Positions 50,573 through 64,000 of a DNA stretch of 64,000 bases are shown here, one piece after another. How positions within the stretch are numbered: the stretch's first letter is position 1; each line of letters begins with the position of its first letter. The stretch spans positions 2,482,001 through 2,546,000 of the forward strand of contig CM075997.1 in the NCBI GenBank assembly GCA_038087875.1, given 5' to 3'. Source of the DNA: Malacoraja senta. Lineage: Eukaryota. The notes below the pieces were generated by a model. That model saw only the letters and a list, made by a program, of their open reading frames with translations, did not search any database and was not told the origin of the DNA. A program made the position numbers and the translations under genes.

Positions 50573-52452
50573 TTATCTGAGAGAAGTGGGAGTTCAAAAA
50601 CTTTTTTAAATATTTAAGGAAGTATGAGGGCTAGGGTGCAGCAAGCAATTCGAATGGTCAACACATTGTGGGAGAATTTGTGTAGAAGAGCAGAGATGTC
50701 TCCTTTCAATCACGTACGGCCCTGTTGAAATATTACCTGGAATGTGGTGTACAGGTCTGGTCAACCTTCCCAAGGAGGGATATATACTCGTGACTGAGGG
50801 AGTTCAGCAAAGATTCACCAGATTGATTCACAGGATGTGCATAGTTCCATGGGGACTTAATATTAAGATCATTTATTTACTTTAGGAGAGCTCGACGATA
50901 ACATGCAATCCATAATCCTAGCCCACCATAGACCCAACCATGGTGCACTTGGGTCAAGGAACCACAAAAGTGGAGATTGATAGGTTCTTTATCGGTAGAA
51001 ATTATGGTTTTAACGTAGGTGGGGACATGCCTCTGGCCCTTGCAGTAACACAACGTCTCTCCTCCTTCAGTGGACTTAAGGGCCTGTCCCACTGTACGAG
51101 GTAATTCAAGAGCTCTCCCGGGTTTCCCCTGATTCAAACTTGGAGAATTATGGTAATAGCCACTTGTAGGTACTCGGGGCTCTCGTGGACATTTTTCAAC
51201 GTGGAGAAATTACATTAAGTACCTCCAAATATTAGAGTATACCACCAATGATATCTGAACAAAATGTTCCAGATTAACTGGCATGAGATGTGAGTCAATG
51301 TAGTCCTTCTCTCCTATGTCAACCCCACATCAATGTTCAGTTCACACTGGTGGATAGACTAGTGTACACATGCCTGACTTCCAGAGCAAACTGAAGAAAG
51401 ACTCAAAAAGCTGGAGTAACTCAGCGGGACAGGCAGCATCTCTGGAGAGAAGGAATGGGTGATGTTTCGGGTCGAGACATCTTCAGACTTGCTCCCAGAG
51501 CAAGCTCTTTGCTCTACCTCAGTATGAGATACTGTATCAACAAGAGAAAACATTTGGGGGATGTTCTCAATTCATCCTTGAAAAATGTGTCATACTTACC
51601 AAATCATGATAATTTCTGGTCAAAACTTAAAATTGAGGATATTTGGGAAGGTATACACTAAATGCTGGAGTAACTCAGCGGCTCAGGCAGCATCCCCCCT
51701 TCATACCCGACCTGAAACGTCACCCATTCCTTCTCTCCAGAGATGCTACCTGTCCCGCTGAGTTACTCCTCCATTTTGTGTCTATCTTCTGATAAAACCA
51801 GCATCTGCAATTCCTTCTTGCACATGCTTTGTTCCAACACAGTTTCTCAATTTGTATTGTCAAGCCCGTGTAAATCAATTTGTATTGTCAAGCCCGTCCC
51901 ATCAGTCTGAAGAAGGGTTTCGGCCCGAAACGTTGCCTATTTCCTTCGCTCCATAGATGCTGCTGCACCCGCTGAGTTTCTCCAGCATTTTTGTGTACCC
52001 GTGTATATCTTTCCCTTTGTGTTATCAATGTGCACATTTTGCAATGCCAATGTCAATATTAGCTTTGCTTCCAGTTAAACTGCTTACAAGCGCAGTGCAA
52101 TTCCTTTTGTCTCCCTTTGTCTTTGTATTTGTGGTTACTCGTTTCATAAATATTGATGAATTTGTCGTCTTAACTGCAGCTTCAGAGAACACCTCAGCCT
52201 GATGTGCTTTGCGATCAGATACCTGTAGACTGCTCAGCCCTTCCTGGTATCCTGCCAGCTGCTGAAAAGTCACACCCTTCATCTGCTGCAGTGAAGATGG
52301 CGGGCGTTACGTGGCAATAACCTCCTTGGTCGCTTATTCAAACCAAATTCAAGACCGAACTGGGCGGCGGGAGGCAGATGAAATGAACATTTGGGGCTTG
52401 GCGTTAAGTTATTGGATGGCAATGGGAGGTAGAAATTGAATAGTGAGCGTCT

Positions 52453-52594
52453 TCTTCTTCTTCTTGCGTGTGGCGTGCACCGCCTAAAGTTGTAGGACAA
52501 CTTGTTCTATTTGATCTTACTTGATTGTGCACGCCAGGTTGATTGCATTCGTCGAAACAGGGCGGACCACGTGAAGGTTGCAATCTCCCACCCC
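52453..52594 (-). mobile_element. Ribozyme-headed short retroposon, copy D (ribozyme 52594-52541), sense to snap25
   Basis: 14-bp TSD with 2 mismatches (52439-52452 / 52595-52608); the 54-nt head is identical to copy A. Confidence 0.9.
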
Positions 52595-55145
52595 AATAGT
52601 GAGTGCCTGTGTTTATAAAAGGAGGCTTGCATTTGGGGGGGCCAGTTTAATTTAATTTAGTTTAGTATAGCGATACCGCGCGGAAACAGGCCCTTCGGCC
52701 CACTGAGTCCGCACCGACTAGTGATCCCCGCACGTTAACACTCACTAAGGACAAATTCACTCTTTTCTTTAACCACACCAATTAACCTACAAACCTGCAT
52801 GTCTTTGGAGTGTGGGAGGATACCGAAGATCTTGAAGAAAACCCACGTGGTTCTGAGCTGGTGGATCTGGAGAAGGGTCCAGACTCGAAACATCACCTGT
52901 CCAAGTTCTCAGTCTCTTGTGCATGTCCATGCCCTCTATTCCCTAGGTGCCAATCTCTGAAATGTTCGCTCTATACCCCTCTCTTCTCCTTTAAGTTGCT
53001 CCATAAAACCTAGTTGTTTGACCAAGCTCGTCCTTTAGCTCCTTATGTAGTTCGGTCCCAAAATTTTGAATCAAAGAAATGTTGGATTTTCAAAGAGCCT
53101 ATTCTGGAATCTTGAGTTAAAAAAACAACCTGCCGGAAGAACTCAGCAGGTCAGGCTGCATCTGTGGAAGGAAATGAACAGACGACGTTCCGGGTCAGGA
53201 TCCACTTCAAATGTCACATTTTGTTTGCCAATTACATATGGAAAATACCTCAGAGTGTTCTACAGGGTTAATGGTGCTGCATAAATGGAAGTGAAGAGTA
53301 ACACCGACTGCAATAAAGGTTGCTATAGATTACAAACACTGACACCCAGACTGAAGAGCAAGGCAGATGGCAATAAATGTGTTGGATGTTCGGGTCGATA
53401 TTGAACTTGAGATAGCTCTTAGAGTCATAGAGTGATACAGCGTGGAAACAGGCCCTTTGGCACAACTTGCCCACATCGGCCAACGTGTCCCAGCAACACT
53501 AGTCCCACCTGCCTGCATTTGGTGCATATCTCTCTAAACCTGTCCTATCCATGTACCTGGAGAAACTCAACGGGTGAGGCAGCATCTATGGAGAGAAGGA
53601 ATAGGCGACGTTTCGGGTCCCGAAACGTCGCCTATTCCTTCTCTCCATAGATGCTGCCTCACCCGCTGAGTTTCTCCAGAATTTTTTGTCTACCTTCGAT
53701 TGTTCCAGCATCTGCAGTTCTTTCTTAAACAAACTATCCATGTACCTGTCTGTTTCTTAAACATTGGAATAGTCCCAGCCTCAACTACCTTCTCTGGCAG
53801 TTTGTTTCATACACCCACCACCCTTTGTGTGAAAAAGTTACCCCTCAGATTCCTATCGAAGTTTTCCCCTTCACCTTAAACCTATGTCCTCTGGTCCTCG
53901 ATTCACCCACTCTGGGCAAGAGACTGTTCATCTACCCGATCTATTCCTTTCATAATTGTATACACTTATGGTCTTCACTTATGGGAATATTTATTCCCTT
54001 ATGGTCTTGCACTGGAGAGACCTTGCACTTTAAATTCATTGAACCCCTTCCTCCCTCTTCCATTCCCCACTGGGTCATGGTGACCAAAGTCATGGCTGAA
54101 ACTAAACCTGGCATCCCTTCGAAGCTAGGACAGGAAAGGATTCATTTTTGTATACGTTTGGAGAGGATATATCTCAGATATAAATTCACACTGATTTATC
54201 TCCTGAGCCCACTGCAGCAGAGCTCACACCTGCAAAAATGTGATAGGGCCGCAGTTTAAATTCTCATCTTTTCTGAAAAGGTAGCACTCCCTCAATTCTA
54301 TGGTTCAATGGTTCAATTATATTTTATTGTTACATGTACCCAAGTACAGTGAGATTCTTTTTTTTGCATACAGTTCAGTGGCAATCCTTCTATACATTAG
54401 GCACAATTATACTACAAGAGTGTAAGGTAGTAGACCACACTGAGTCAGTACACAAGAGTCACCACATCTTAGGCACCATTCTGTACCCCTCAAGTCCAAA
54501 ATTTAAAACAAATTTAGTCTCAACTTGTCCATAAAGGTCCGTTGTCCTGGTGGCGGCACTGGGTTGGAGTCATAGGGGTCTTCCCCGGCCAGGTGATGCG
54601 TTGATGTCCTCCATTGTCTGAAGAAGGGTCTCGACCCAAAACGTCGCCTATTCTTTTTTTCCAGAGATGCTGCCTGACTCGCTGAGTTATTCCAGCTTTT
54701 TGTGTCTGTCCCCCACCTCTGCTCCCACCACTCCATTGCACTTTATTCTACACTGCAACTACCAGCCAAGGTTCTGTCCTTAAATAGGGATGAGTAAATT
54801 AGAGGTGACAGCACCACTGAGTGACACTGAGGTGAACAAGAGGCAGCGGACATTGACATCTAAATAGAACAGCACGCTGGATCTTAGCTATAGTGCTGCA
54901 GTCCTGAATGATGCTTCAGGTTGGCTCGTCAACAGCTTTCACACCAGTGGATTATGTTTGAATGCAGAATAGTTCAAAGGAACAACAGTATCTTGTTTCT
55001 AACAGCTCTAAGGGTTTGAAAAAGGTATCTTTCATATAACTATAAGGGCTCAAAATGTTAGTTTAACTCAATTTCTTGTGGTGGTGTCATGGAGACACCA
55101 GTTCTCAGCTACATTCTTCCCCATAATGAATTTTTTTTTTTTTAT

Positions 55146-55722
55146 GGTGCACGGTGGCGCAGCGGTAGAGTTGCTGCCTTACAGCGCCGGTGCTCCGGGT
55201 TCAATCCCGACTACGGGTGCTGTCTGTACGGAGTTTGTACGTTCTCCCCGTGACCTGCGCGGGTTTTCTCTGAGATCTTCGGTTTCCCCCCACACTCCAA
55301 AGATGTACAGGTTTGTCGGTTAATTGGCTTGGTATAAAGGTAAATTGTCCATTGTGTGTGTAGGATAGTGTTAGTGGTTCAACACAGAAGCTGGACTGAA
55401 ACCCGAGCTCAGGTTTGGATGAATAACTACGCCTTATAATCTACGGACCTATCTCCAAAACTTTTTTTTTTTTCCATTATCCCTTCCTTTCTATTAGTTT
55501 ATAGATCTTTCTTTCCAGTTCTATTTCTTAAAAAATTCTATAAAAAGAACAGAAGCTTCTATGAATGTAATTGATAAACAAACCGTGTTGCTATTAAGTG
55601 TTTACGCTTCTAATAAAAATATATATTTTATAAAAGGATAGGGTTAGTGTGCAGGGATCGCTGGTCGGTGCGAACTCGGAGGGCCAAAGGGCCTGTTTCC
55701 GCGCTGTATCTCTAAACTAAAC
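55146..55722 (+). mobile_element. HE1-like V-SINE interrupted by an AT-rich insert
   Basis: Head at 55146-55376, tail at 55635-55722. Confidence 0.8.
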
Positions 55723-56559
55723 TGTGTTTGTGGTACTGCAGTAGAAAACTCAAACACTTGAGCCCAAATTCCACTGCAGAAAGACTGTTCATGGATAACC
55801 TGTAGGGATGCTTTCATTCACTTGATTAGAGAGACAAAAATAAGAAAAAGCATAAGGTTCTCCATCCTATCATTGTCTAATGAAGAACAGAAGAGACTAT
55901 CAATGTTCTGATTTGCTGCTGTAACTTCACTACTTGAGGTTTCTGTCAAGGCTACAGTGCCTGATTCACAAACAGCTCTCAACAGGTTCACTAATGCACT
56001 TTCACCCTGAAAATAAATTTCTCTGGATACAGATCACATATGTATTGTGATTATGCGTTGTAATGTTCAGAGGTGATCCATTTTTAAATTAGATTTTGCA
56101 GAAAGTTCTGCTTGGCCGCTCAGAACCAGGTTGTTGAAAATGCACATGCAGTTTAATCAGCAGCTGACATCTTTGATGAAGGCTTTCCTCTTAAATGTTA
56201 ATCTGTTTTTTACCTCTCTGCTTTGAAAAATCTATCCAATTACTTTCATTCCTCTTCTCCTTGAATACTGGTTTAGTGGATAGTGAAGAAGGAAATCTAA
56301 GATTACAACAGAATCTTGATGCACCGGGGAAATGGGCAAAAGAATGGCAGATGGTGTTTAACTCAGATTAGTTTAATTTCAGTTTATCGTCACGTGTACC
56401 GAGGTACAATGAAAAGCTTTTGTTGCATGCTAACCAGTCAGCAGAAAGGCATGATCACAATCGAGTCAATCACAGTGTATAGATACATGCTAAGGCAATA
56501 GTGCAAGATAAAGCCCGTACAGTCCAATAGCTGAGGACTATCTTTGACATGCATTTTGT

Positions 56560-57515
56560 TAAGTTAAACAGGGTAGGACTTATATGGTGACTGGTACTGA
56601 TTTAGGGCATTGAATAGTGTTCTAGAACAGAGAGACCTAGGACTACAGGCGCACAGTTCCCTGAAAGTGCTGACGCAGAAGCAGGTGTTTGGCATGCTTG
56701 CCATTATTAGTAAGGGCATTGAGTCCATTTGAGACATCATGTTATAACTGTACAAGCTGTTGGTGAGATCACACTTTGGAGTATTGAAGACAGACACAAA
56801 AAGCTGGAGTAACTCTGGGTCGGGCAGCATCTCCGAAGAAAAGGAAGAGGTGACATTTTGGGTCGAGAATCTTCTTCAGACAGCTGGATACTGGCTGCCC
56901 AAATAGAAGAAGGAGCCGAGAAAGATGCAGGAAGTATTCACAAGGACGTTACCAAGACTAGAGGGCTAGAATTATAAGGCAAGGCTGGGTAGAGTAGGAC
57001 TTCTTTCCCTGGTGTGTAGGAGGTTGAGGGGTGACCTATGGAGGTCTATAAAATCACAAGGGATAAAGATAAAGTGAATAGCCACAGTCATTTTCCCAGG
57101 GTAAGAGAAACTACTAAAATTTGAGGCCACAGAGTTAAGTTAGACACAAAATGCTGGAGTATGTCCAAGGGTCAGGCAGCATCTCTGGAGACAAGTCACT
57201 GTGAAGTTTCAAGTCAGAACCCATCTTCAGACTCCCAGTTAAGGTGGGAGGAGAAAGTTTTAAAGGAATCTGTGAAGCAGCTTTTTCATACAGGGGGTGG
57301 TGGGAGTATGTAACATGCTGCCAGAGGAAGCTGTAGAAGTGGGTACAATATTTAATATTTACAATATTTAAAAGACATTTAGAGAGGTAGATGGATAGCA
57401 AAGCTTTAGAAAGATACGAGCCAAACGCAGGCAAATGGGACTAGCGTAGTTGGACATCTTGGTTGGCATGGACGAGTTGGTCAGAGGGGCCTTTTCCTGT
57501 GCTGTATAACTTCAT
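56560..57515 (+). mobile_element. Older, degraded CR1 LINE interrupted by Penelope-derived pieces
   Basis: Degenerate LYKLLVRSHFG and RRLRGD motifs plus CR1-like 3' UTR. Confidence 0.65.
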
Positions 57516-58934
57516 GATCATTCTACCTATATATCCTTTTCCAAACGAACACAAAACTGTTTCTGATATTTTACCAGTAATGCATTCTAGATCATAACTT
57601 GCTGGATGAACGAAGAATCTTCCTCTGTTATCTCTTTAAATCTGTACTCTGAAACCTCGGCTATTAGGAAACCGTATTTCTTTCCTTATTTCAAACCGTT
57701 TATAATTTGGAACAGCCAACTGAGTCATCTCTGAACAACACCAGAGGCTGACAAATGGCGTTTTGCCAATGCCTTTTGCATTTCATTTCCCAATTGCCGC
57801 ATTCAGTTTCTCACCAAAGATATCTTGGTTCAAGAGTGTTAAGAGTCATGAGTGTTTTATAGTCAAAATGTGCAGGATGGAGCAGCAGATGCTGGTTTAT
57901 ACCGTAGATACAAAATGCTGGAATAACTCAGCGGGTCAGGCAGCATCTCTGGAGAAAAGGAATAGGTGATGTTTTGGGGTGGGTTGGGATCTGAAGGGTT
58001 CCGACCCGAACCATCACCTATTCCTTTTCACCGGAGATGCTACCTGACCAGCATTTTGTGTCTATCTTCGTGTTTTATAGTCATGTGTCCTAAAACAGAA
58101 CAATGAAATTCTTATTTGCAGCAGCACAACATGCATGCAAACATAATACTCAGTAATAAACAAAAAAAAAGAAGTTCAATATATAAAAACAAAAGAAACA
58201 ATATAGTGTAAAGACAAAAACTAGATAAGACAAAATCCTATTTCGCATGTAGCTTTCAACGATTTATTTGAAATAAACTCCAGTTCAAGTAACATGAAGA
58301 CGCGATGTTTTGAAAGTGCTTGAAAGTGTTCGATTTGAAAGCTTTATTTGATTCCACCGACTGTGTAGCAACCACTGAAGGTGGTAGGTATTTGGAACGA
58401 GTTGTAAGAGGAGGTAGTCGAGGCAGGTACTATCATAGCATGTACAATATTTTGGTGGGTGTGTGGAACGAGCTGCCGGGGGAGGTAGTTGAGGGAGGAG
58501 GTAGTTGAGTCAGGAACTATTGCAACGTTTAATAAATATTTAGATAGGTATATGGATAGGATAGGTTTGGAGGGATTTGAGCCAAACGCAGGCAAGTGGG
58601 ACTGGTGTAGATGGGGCATGTTGGGCGGGTTTTAAGTTGGTCCAAAGGGCCTGTTTCCACACTGTATGACTTTATAACTCGATATACTTGGAAAGGTACA
58701 TGGATAGGAAAGGTTTGGGGGGGGGGGGGGGGGAATGTTTAAGAAGGAACTGCAGATGCTGGAAGGTAGACAAAAGTGCTGGAGAAACTCAGCAGGTGCA
58801 GCAGCATCTATGGGGCGAAGGAAATAGGCAACGTTTCGGGCCGAAACCTTTCTTCTTTAGGGGGAAATGGGCCAAACGCAGGCAAAAGGGACTCACTCAG
58901 ACGGAGTTGGACCGAAGGGCCTGATTCCGTGATG

Positions 58935-58965
<31 letters not shown>

Positions 58966-59083
58966 GATTTTATTTATATAGCGCTTTTCAGGACTATTAA
59001 GGCTCTACTAAGTCTCTATGACTGCACCACGTTCCCAGACGCCTATGTCACTTCGCATCGATGCAATGGCTGCAAGGACGTAG

Positions 59084-59329
<246 letters not shown>

Positions 59330-59967
59330 TAGTTGCAATTGAAACTGGGTCGTAACATGCAACAATATAACACCACCCGTTAGAATGAGTTACAGAGAGG
59401 GCGGCTGGCTACACAGTGCAGCATCTGTAGGTCTCTGGGTGTTGGACCCGGTAGCGTCTGTATCATTTCTTCGGCGTTATCCCACCTATCAATCTGTCCC
59501 TAAGGAAATCATCCGTCCTCATTAGTAAAGCACGCCACTGGGTTAATTTATTCCATTTATTCTTCCAAAGTCCCTGACAGTCCGGGGGCGGCCGCATCGT
59601 TCTCTCAACTCGTTCTCCCTTAAAATGACAACTCAATGAATCCTCCCACACACACACACACACACATTGACCGTCCACGACTCTTCCAACCCCGGCACAA
59701 AAATCGACCGGTGCCCGGTTCAATCCCATTAATATTCCCTTCGCATTTTAACTTTTAGCCGCACTTTGTACATTGCTAACGTCATCGTGCTATTCCCTCT
59801 GCACCCTTCTTTACAACACAAACACGCCCAAAATGTTCGGCATTCTTTGCTATTAAATCGCTGTAGTTGAATCAAAGACATGCAACCATTAGCAATGTGT
59901 GCATTCTTCGCTTATAGAAGGAGTTAGCAATGTTAGCGTTCCAGAATGTTTCAAATGGGCGACTAAC

Positions 59968-60050
59968 CTTATGCCTTGCCCGGCTTCGGCTACTGCAACC
60001 TCACAAATGCTGCTGACGAGGATTAATATCCTGCGCCACTCCCCGACTCT
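59968..60050 (-). other. snap25: Candidate non-coding exon 1 of snap25 (TSS approximate)
   Basis: Donor AAG|GTTAGT at 59968/59967 in a unique CpG-enriched block, downstream of TATAAG (60082-60077). It implies an intron 1 of about 59.6 kb; mammalian SNAP25 also has a non-coding exon 1 and a long intron 1. Confidence 0.55.
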
Positions 60051-60240
60051 ACCATTCCCTGCCTGCATTAAACAGCCTTATATTATTCCACTCGAGGGGA
60101 ATGGGCGGCTATGGCACTCACACTCACACTCACACTTACACTCACACTCCCACTCTGTGCAACGCTAGCTGGCTATTTCACGGCCTTTTCGGTCGTCTTG
60201 CTTGGCGAATGATGGATTTCAGCACCATTGATAGCACAGA
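60051..60240 (-). promoter_or_regulatory. Candidate snap25 core promoter
   Basis: Minus-strand order: RE1-like site, (GTGTGA)n tract at ~60115-60155, GC box CCGCCC at ~60103-60108, then TATAAG. Confidence 0.55.
60218..60238 (+). promoter_or_regulatory. RE1/NRSE-like REST binding site
   Basis: TTCAGCACCATTGATAGCACA versus consensus TTCAGCACCACGGACAGCGCC: perfect left half, canonical spacing, degenerate right half. Confidence 0.5.
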
Positions 60241-60951
60241 GAATGATGGGCCGAACGGTCTTTTATTCTGATGGGTTGCGCCTTGTAAACCTGAAATAAA
60301 AAGCAGAGAATACTGGAATTACTCAGCGGGTTCAGGCAGCAACTGCCGGAGAAGAAGAATTAGAAACAAGGAACTGCAGATGCTGGTGTAGGAAAAAAGA
60401 GACAACGTGCTGGAGTAACTCAGCGGGTCAGGCAGCATCAGTGGAGAACATGGATAGTTAGCGTTTTGGGTCGGGACACTTTTTCAGACTGATTGAAAGA
60501 ATCCTTGCTGGTCTTTCAGGAAATAATTCTGCTATTCCTGTTTATAAAACTAATGAACTTTTGCTCTTTTATTTAAGTGTAGGATGGAACTGCAGGTGCT
60601 GGTTTACACCAAAGATAGACACAACATGCTGGAGTAACTCAACGAGTCAAGCAGTATCTATGGAAATAAGGAATGGGTGATGTTTCGAGTGGAGACCCTT
60701 CTTCTATATTTTGGTCTTTTATCTTGTCCCATTACTGAAACCTCCTCTGTCTATTTCCCTCCACAGATGCTGCCTGACCCACTGAATTACTTCAGCACTA
60801 TGTGTTTTACCCTTTCACAAACCTTTCCTTTTCACCATCTCCACCCACTGCTCTTTCTCTGCAACTTTAACAGGTTATATCAACAATCTTTTAAACTCTG
60901 ATTGCAATGCTTTCGCCTGGAACACTAACTTTGTTTTCCTTTCCATGGATT

Positions 60952-61153
60952 ATAGACAATAGGTGCAGGAGTAGGCCATTCGGCCCTTCGAGCCAGCACT
61001 CCCATTCAATGTGATCATGGCTGATCATCCCCAATCAGTACCCCGTTCCTGCCTTCTCCCCATATCCTCTGACTCCGCTATCTTTAAGAGCCCTATCTAG
61101 CTCTCTCTTGAAAGCATCCAGAGAACCTGCCTCCACCGCCCTCTGAGGCAGAG
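60952..61153 (-). mobile_element. CR1/HER1-like LINE 3' end
   Basis: Same family tail. Confidence 0.85.
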
Positions 61154-61299
61154 AGGATACACACAGCTAGTCAGGCAGCAACTGCGGAAAGAGAAACAGT
61201 TAATGTTTCAGGTACTTGATTAGTATGAAGCTGAAGTATTAACTGTTTTTCTCTCCACAGATGCTGCCTGAATTTCATGGTCTTTCCAGCATTTTCTGT

Positions 61300-61633
61300 T
61301 TTTAGTTTAGTTTAGAGATACAGCATGGAAACAGGCCCCTCGGCCCACCAAGTCCACACCGACCAGCAATCTCCCATCCACACTAGTTCTATGTTATCCC
61401 ACTTTTGCATCCACTCCCTACACACAAGGGGCAATTTACAGAGGGACAATTAACCTACAAACCTGCACGCCTTTGCGATGTGAGAGGAAACGTGAGTTCC
61501 TGGAGAAAACCCTCGTGGTAACAGGAAGCACGTGCGAACTCCACACCCACAGCATCCGAAGTCAGGATTGAACCCGGGTCTCTGGCGCTGTGAGGCAGTG
61601 AGTGGCTCTACCCGCTGCGTGACTGTGCTGCCC
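61300..61633 (-). mobile_element. HE1-like V-SINE
   Basis: Same consensus. Confidence 0.82.
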
Positions 61634-62127
61634 TTCTAACACCTTCTGTTGTTATGTAAGTCTACAAACGTCTACAAAAGTCCACCCATCTGTTTGTGGG
61701 TCAAAGACCCAGTTAGTTGGGAGTACGTGCCTTCTCTATGACATATCAGCTTAAAATGCTGGAATAATTGCAGGGTTTCCGGCAACATTTCATGAGATAT
61801 TTCCACATGAGCACATGGAAAATCTAGTCTGTTCATCATGCATTACAGATGAGCTACACTCCAGTTCTTTATTGCATGAATCAGACCGGATGAAAGGGAA
61901 GATCTCCTTTGAATGGTTTTTATTAGCATTACTGACAACTAAAGTATAAAGTACACACAGAATACGAGTTAGTTTCCAATCTATATTTCCATGTGGAGTA
62001 GATTTGGCTTAGTTTAGTTTAGAGATATAGTGCGGAAATAGGCCCTTCAGCCCACCGAGTCCACACCGACCAGCGATCCCAGTACACAATCCTACACACT
62101 AGGGACAATTTACAATTTTTACCATAA

Positions 62128-62871
62128 AGGGGCTGTCCCACGGCAGCGACCTAATTCGCGAATTTAGAAGAGTTTAGGAGAGTTTTAAAAAAATGTCATG
62201 TTGAAGACCTCCTTCGACTATGTAGAAGATCTCCTTCGACCTCCTTCAACTATATTGAACACTAGCTTCGACTAGCTACAACTAGCTTCGGGAAAATTGG
62301 ACTCCGAATAGTGGAGAGTGAAGACAACGTCCTTCGATCTCCTTTGACCTCCCTTCGACTATGTTGAAGATTATCTACGACTACCTTCGATTACCTTCGA
62401 CTACCCTCGATTACCTACGAATAACATGCCGACCTACTTTGACCTACTTCGACTAAACCCACGAGTAAAAAAAGTATTGATGTTTCCATGGCGACCTTTT
62501 TTTATTCGCGGGCATTTTTCAACATGTTGAAAAATACGCCGCGACCTAGATGAGGCCCCGAGTACGCGGGGACTACCCTCGAGCATGAAGGAAAGTTACA
62601 AAGACCTCCTAGGACCTCGTGTCGACCATGCTGCGAGTATGAGTCGAGGGCAAACTCGTCTGAACTCGCGGAGTAGGTCTGCAGTGGGACAGCCCCTTTA
62701 AGGGCCTGTCCCACTGCAGGGACCTAATTGACAAGTTTAGAAGAGTTTGCCCTTGACTCGTACTCGAAAGAGGTCTTAACATATTAGTAGGAGGTTCGAC
62801 CATGACACTTTTTCATTCTCTCCTAAACTCTTCTACACTGGCAAATTAGGTCCCCACAGTGGGACAGCCCT
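62128..62871. mobile_element. Two abutting Harbinger-like MITEs (62128-62697 and 62701-62871)
   Basis: Each is bounded by AGGG(G/C)CTGTCCCAC-type TIRs; they share one TTA. Confidence 0.78.
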
Positions 62872-63095
62872 TTAGTAGTTCATCTTCCTGCATCAATCAT
62901 GATGGCGAACATCCAGTGACAAAGAGTGAGATAGAATCACAAAATCTTATAGCACAGCAGTCCATTTGACTCATAGCTCTTTGGAAGAACTAGTCCCAAT
63001 CCCCTACTCATCCCCCTAAGCCTTTGCATATTTCACTTTCAATTCTGTGCCCCATTCCTTTTTGGAAGATATTATCAAATCTATTTCCAGTACCA

Positions 63096-63362
63096 GGGCA
63101 GCACGGTGGCGCGCCGGAGACCTAGGTTGGATCCTGACTACAGGTGTACAGAGTTTGTACGTACTCCATGTGACCTGCGTGGGTTTTCTCCAGGTGCTCC
63201 GGTTTCCTCCCACACTCCAAAGTCATACAGGTTTGTAGGTTAATTGGCTTTGGTAAAATTGTAAATTGGCCCCAGTGTTTCAGATAGTGCCAGTGTGCGG
63301 TGATCAAAGGTTGGCAAGGACAGAGGGCCGAAGGGCCTGTTTCTGTGCTGTATCTCTAAACT
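63096..63362 (+). mobile_element. HE1-like V-SINE
   Basis: Same consensus. Confidence 0.8.
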
Positions 63363-64000
63363 GTCTCTAAATCCCCTTACCAGCAGCACATTCCAGATCA
63401 TCAGCCATGATCACATTGAATGATGGTGCTGGCTCGAAGGGCCAAATGGCCTACTCCTGCACCTATTGTCTATTGCCTTATCATATGTATCAATACTCTG
63501 GAGAATCAAGCAGTGGAATGTCCAAAGTATTCCCATCATGAACGTACAGTAAAGTACTATGCAATTAGCAAGGGAGATGAAAATACATTGTTACAAGCTG
63601 GCTTCATCCTCAACACAGTTTTATACTATTATCTCCTGGATGGTTTCCAAAGAAATGGCCCGTTCACCATATTAATTCTGAGTAACATGGTTTAGAAAAC
63701 AACGATAAATTAACCTCACAGATAATCCAAAGGATTCTGTTGCACTGTCTGACAATTCTTTCATTAAATATTTCTCCCAGCTGTCTCAGTCTGCAGAAGC
63801 CGCAAACAATAAAGTGCATGGAAGATTTTAGATTCAATTTCAATATGTGTTGAGTTATTTGATCTGACACATAGTGGCTGCAGTGAGCTCTGATGTTGGC
63901 ATCCTCAACATCAGCTTAGGTTATCACTCATGGTTATCTTTTACACACTGATTATCCCTTGTAGCCTCTTCTAGTTCCCATAAACATACAATTTGTTTCT

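Overview
Eukaryotic, repeat-dense DNA from a cartilaginous fish, most likely a skate or ray (inferred from HE1-type SINEs, HER1/CR1 LINEs and a Torpedo-like SNAP-25 N-terminus). Nearly the whole window appears to be intron 1 of a minus-strand snap25 gene. The first coding exon is at 398-245 (CDS 328-245, MENNLENNMDPRSEQDEMQRCADQITDE). A candidate non-coding exon 1 and promoter (TATA, GC box, TG-rich tract, RE1-like site) lie at about 59968-60240. The intron holds a decayed DIRS1-type retrotransposon, CR1/Rex1/L2/L1/Penelope fragments, V-SINEs, hAT-like and Harbinger-like MITEs, a 1.57-kb 17-bp minisatellite and a 105-bp processed actin fragment. The main observation is a ~135-140 bp retroposon present four times (three independent insertions, each with a TSD). 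Its first 54 nt fold into a minimal HDV/CPEB3-like self-cleaving ribozyme, and the element starts exactly at the predicted cleavage-site G; the 3' half is a stem-loop plus (GAA)n tail. One copy is sense to the snap25 pre-mRNA. Ribozyme activity is predicted from base-pairing only, and novelty was not checked against databases. Repeat boundaries were read by eye and are approximate unless a TSD is given.
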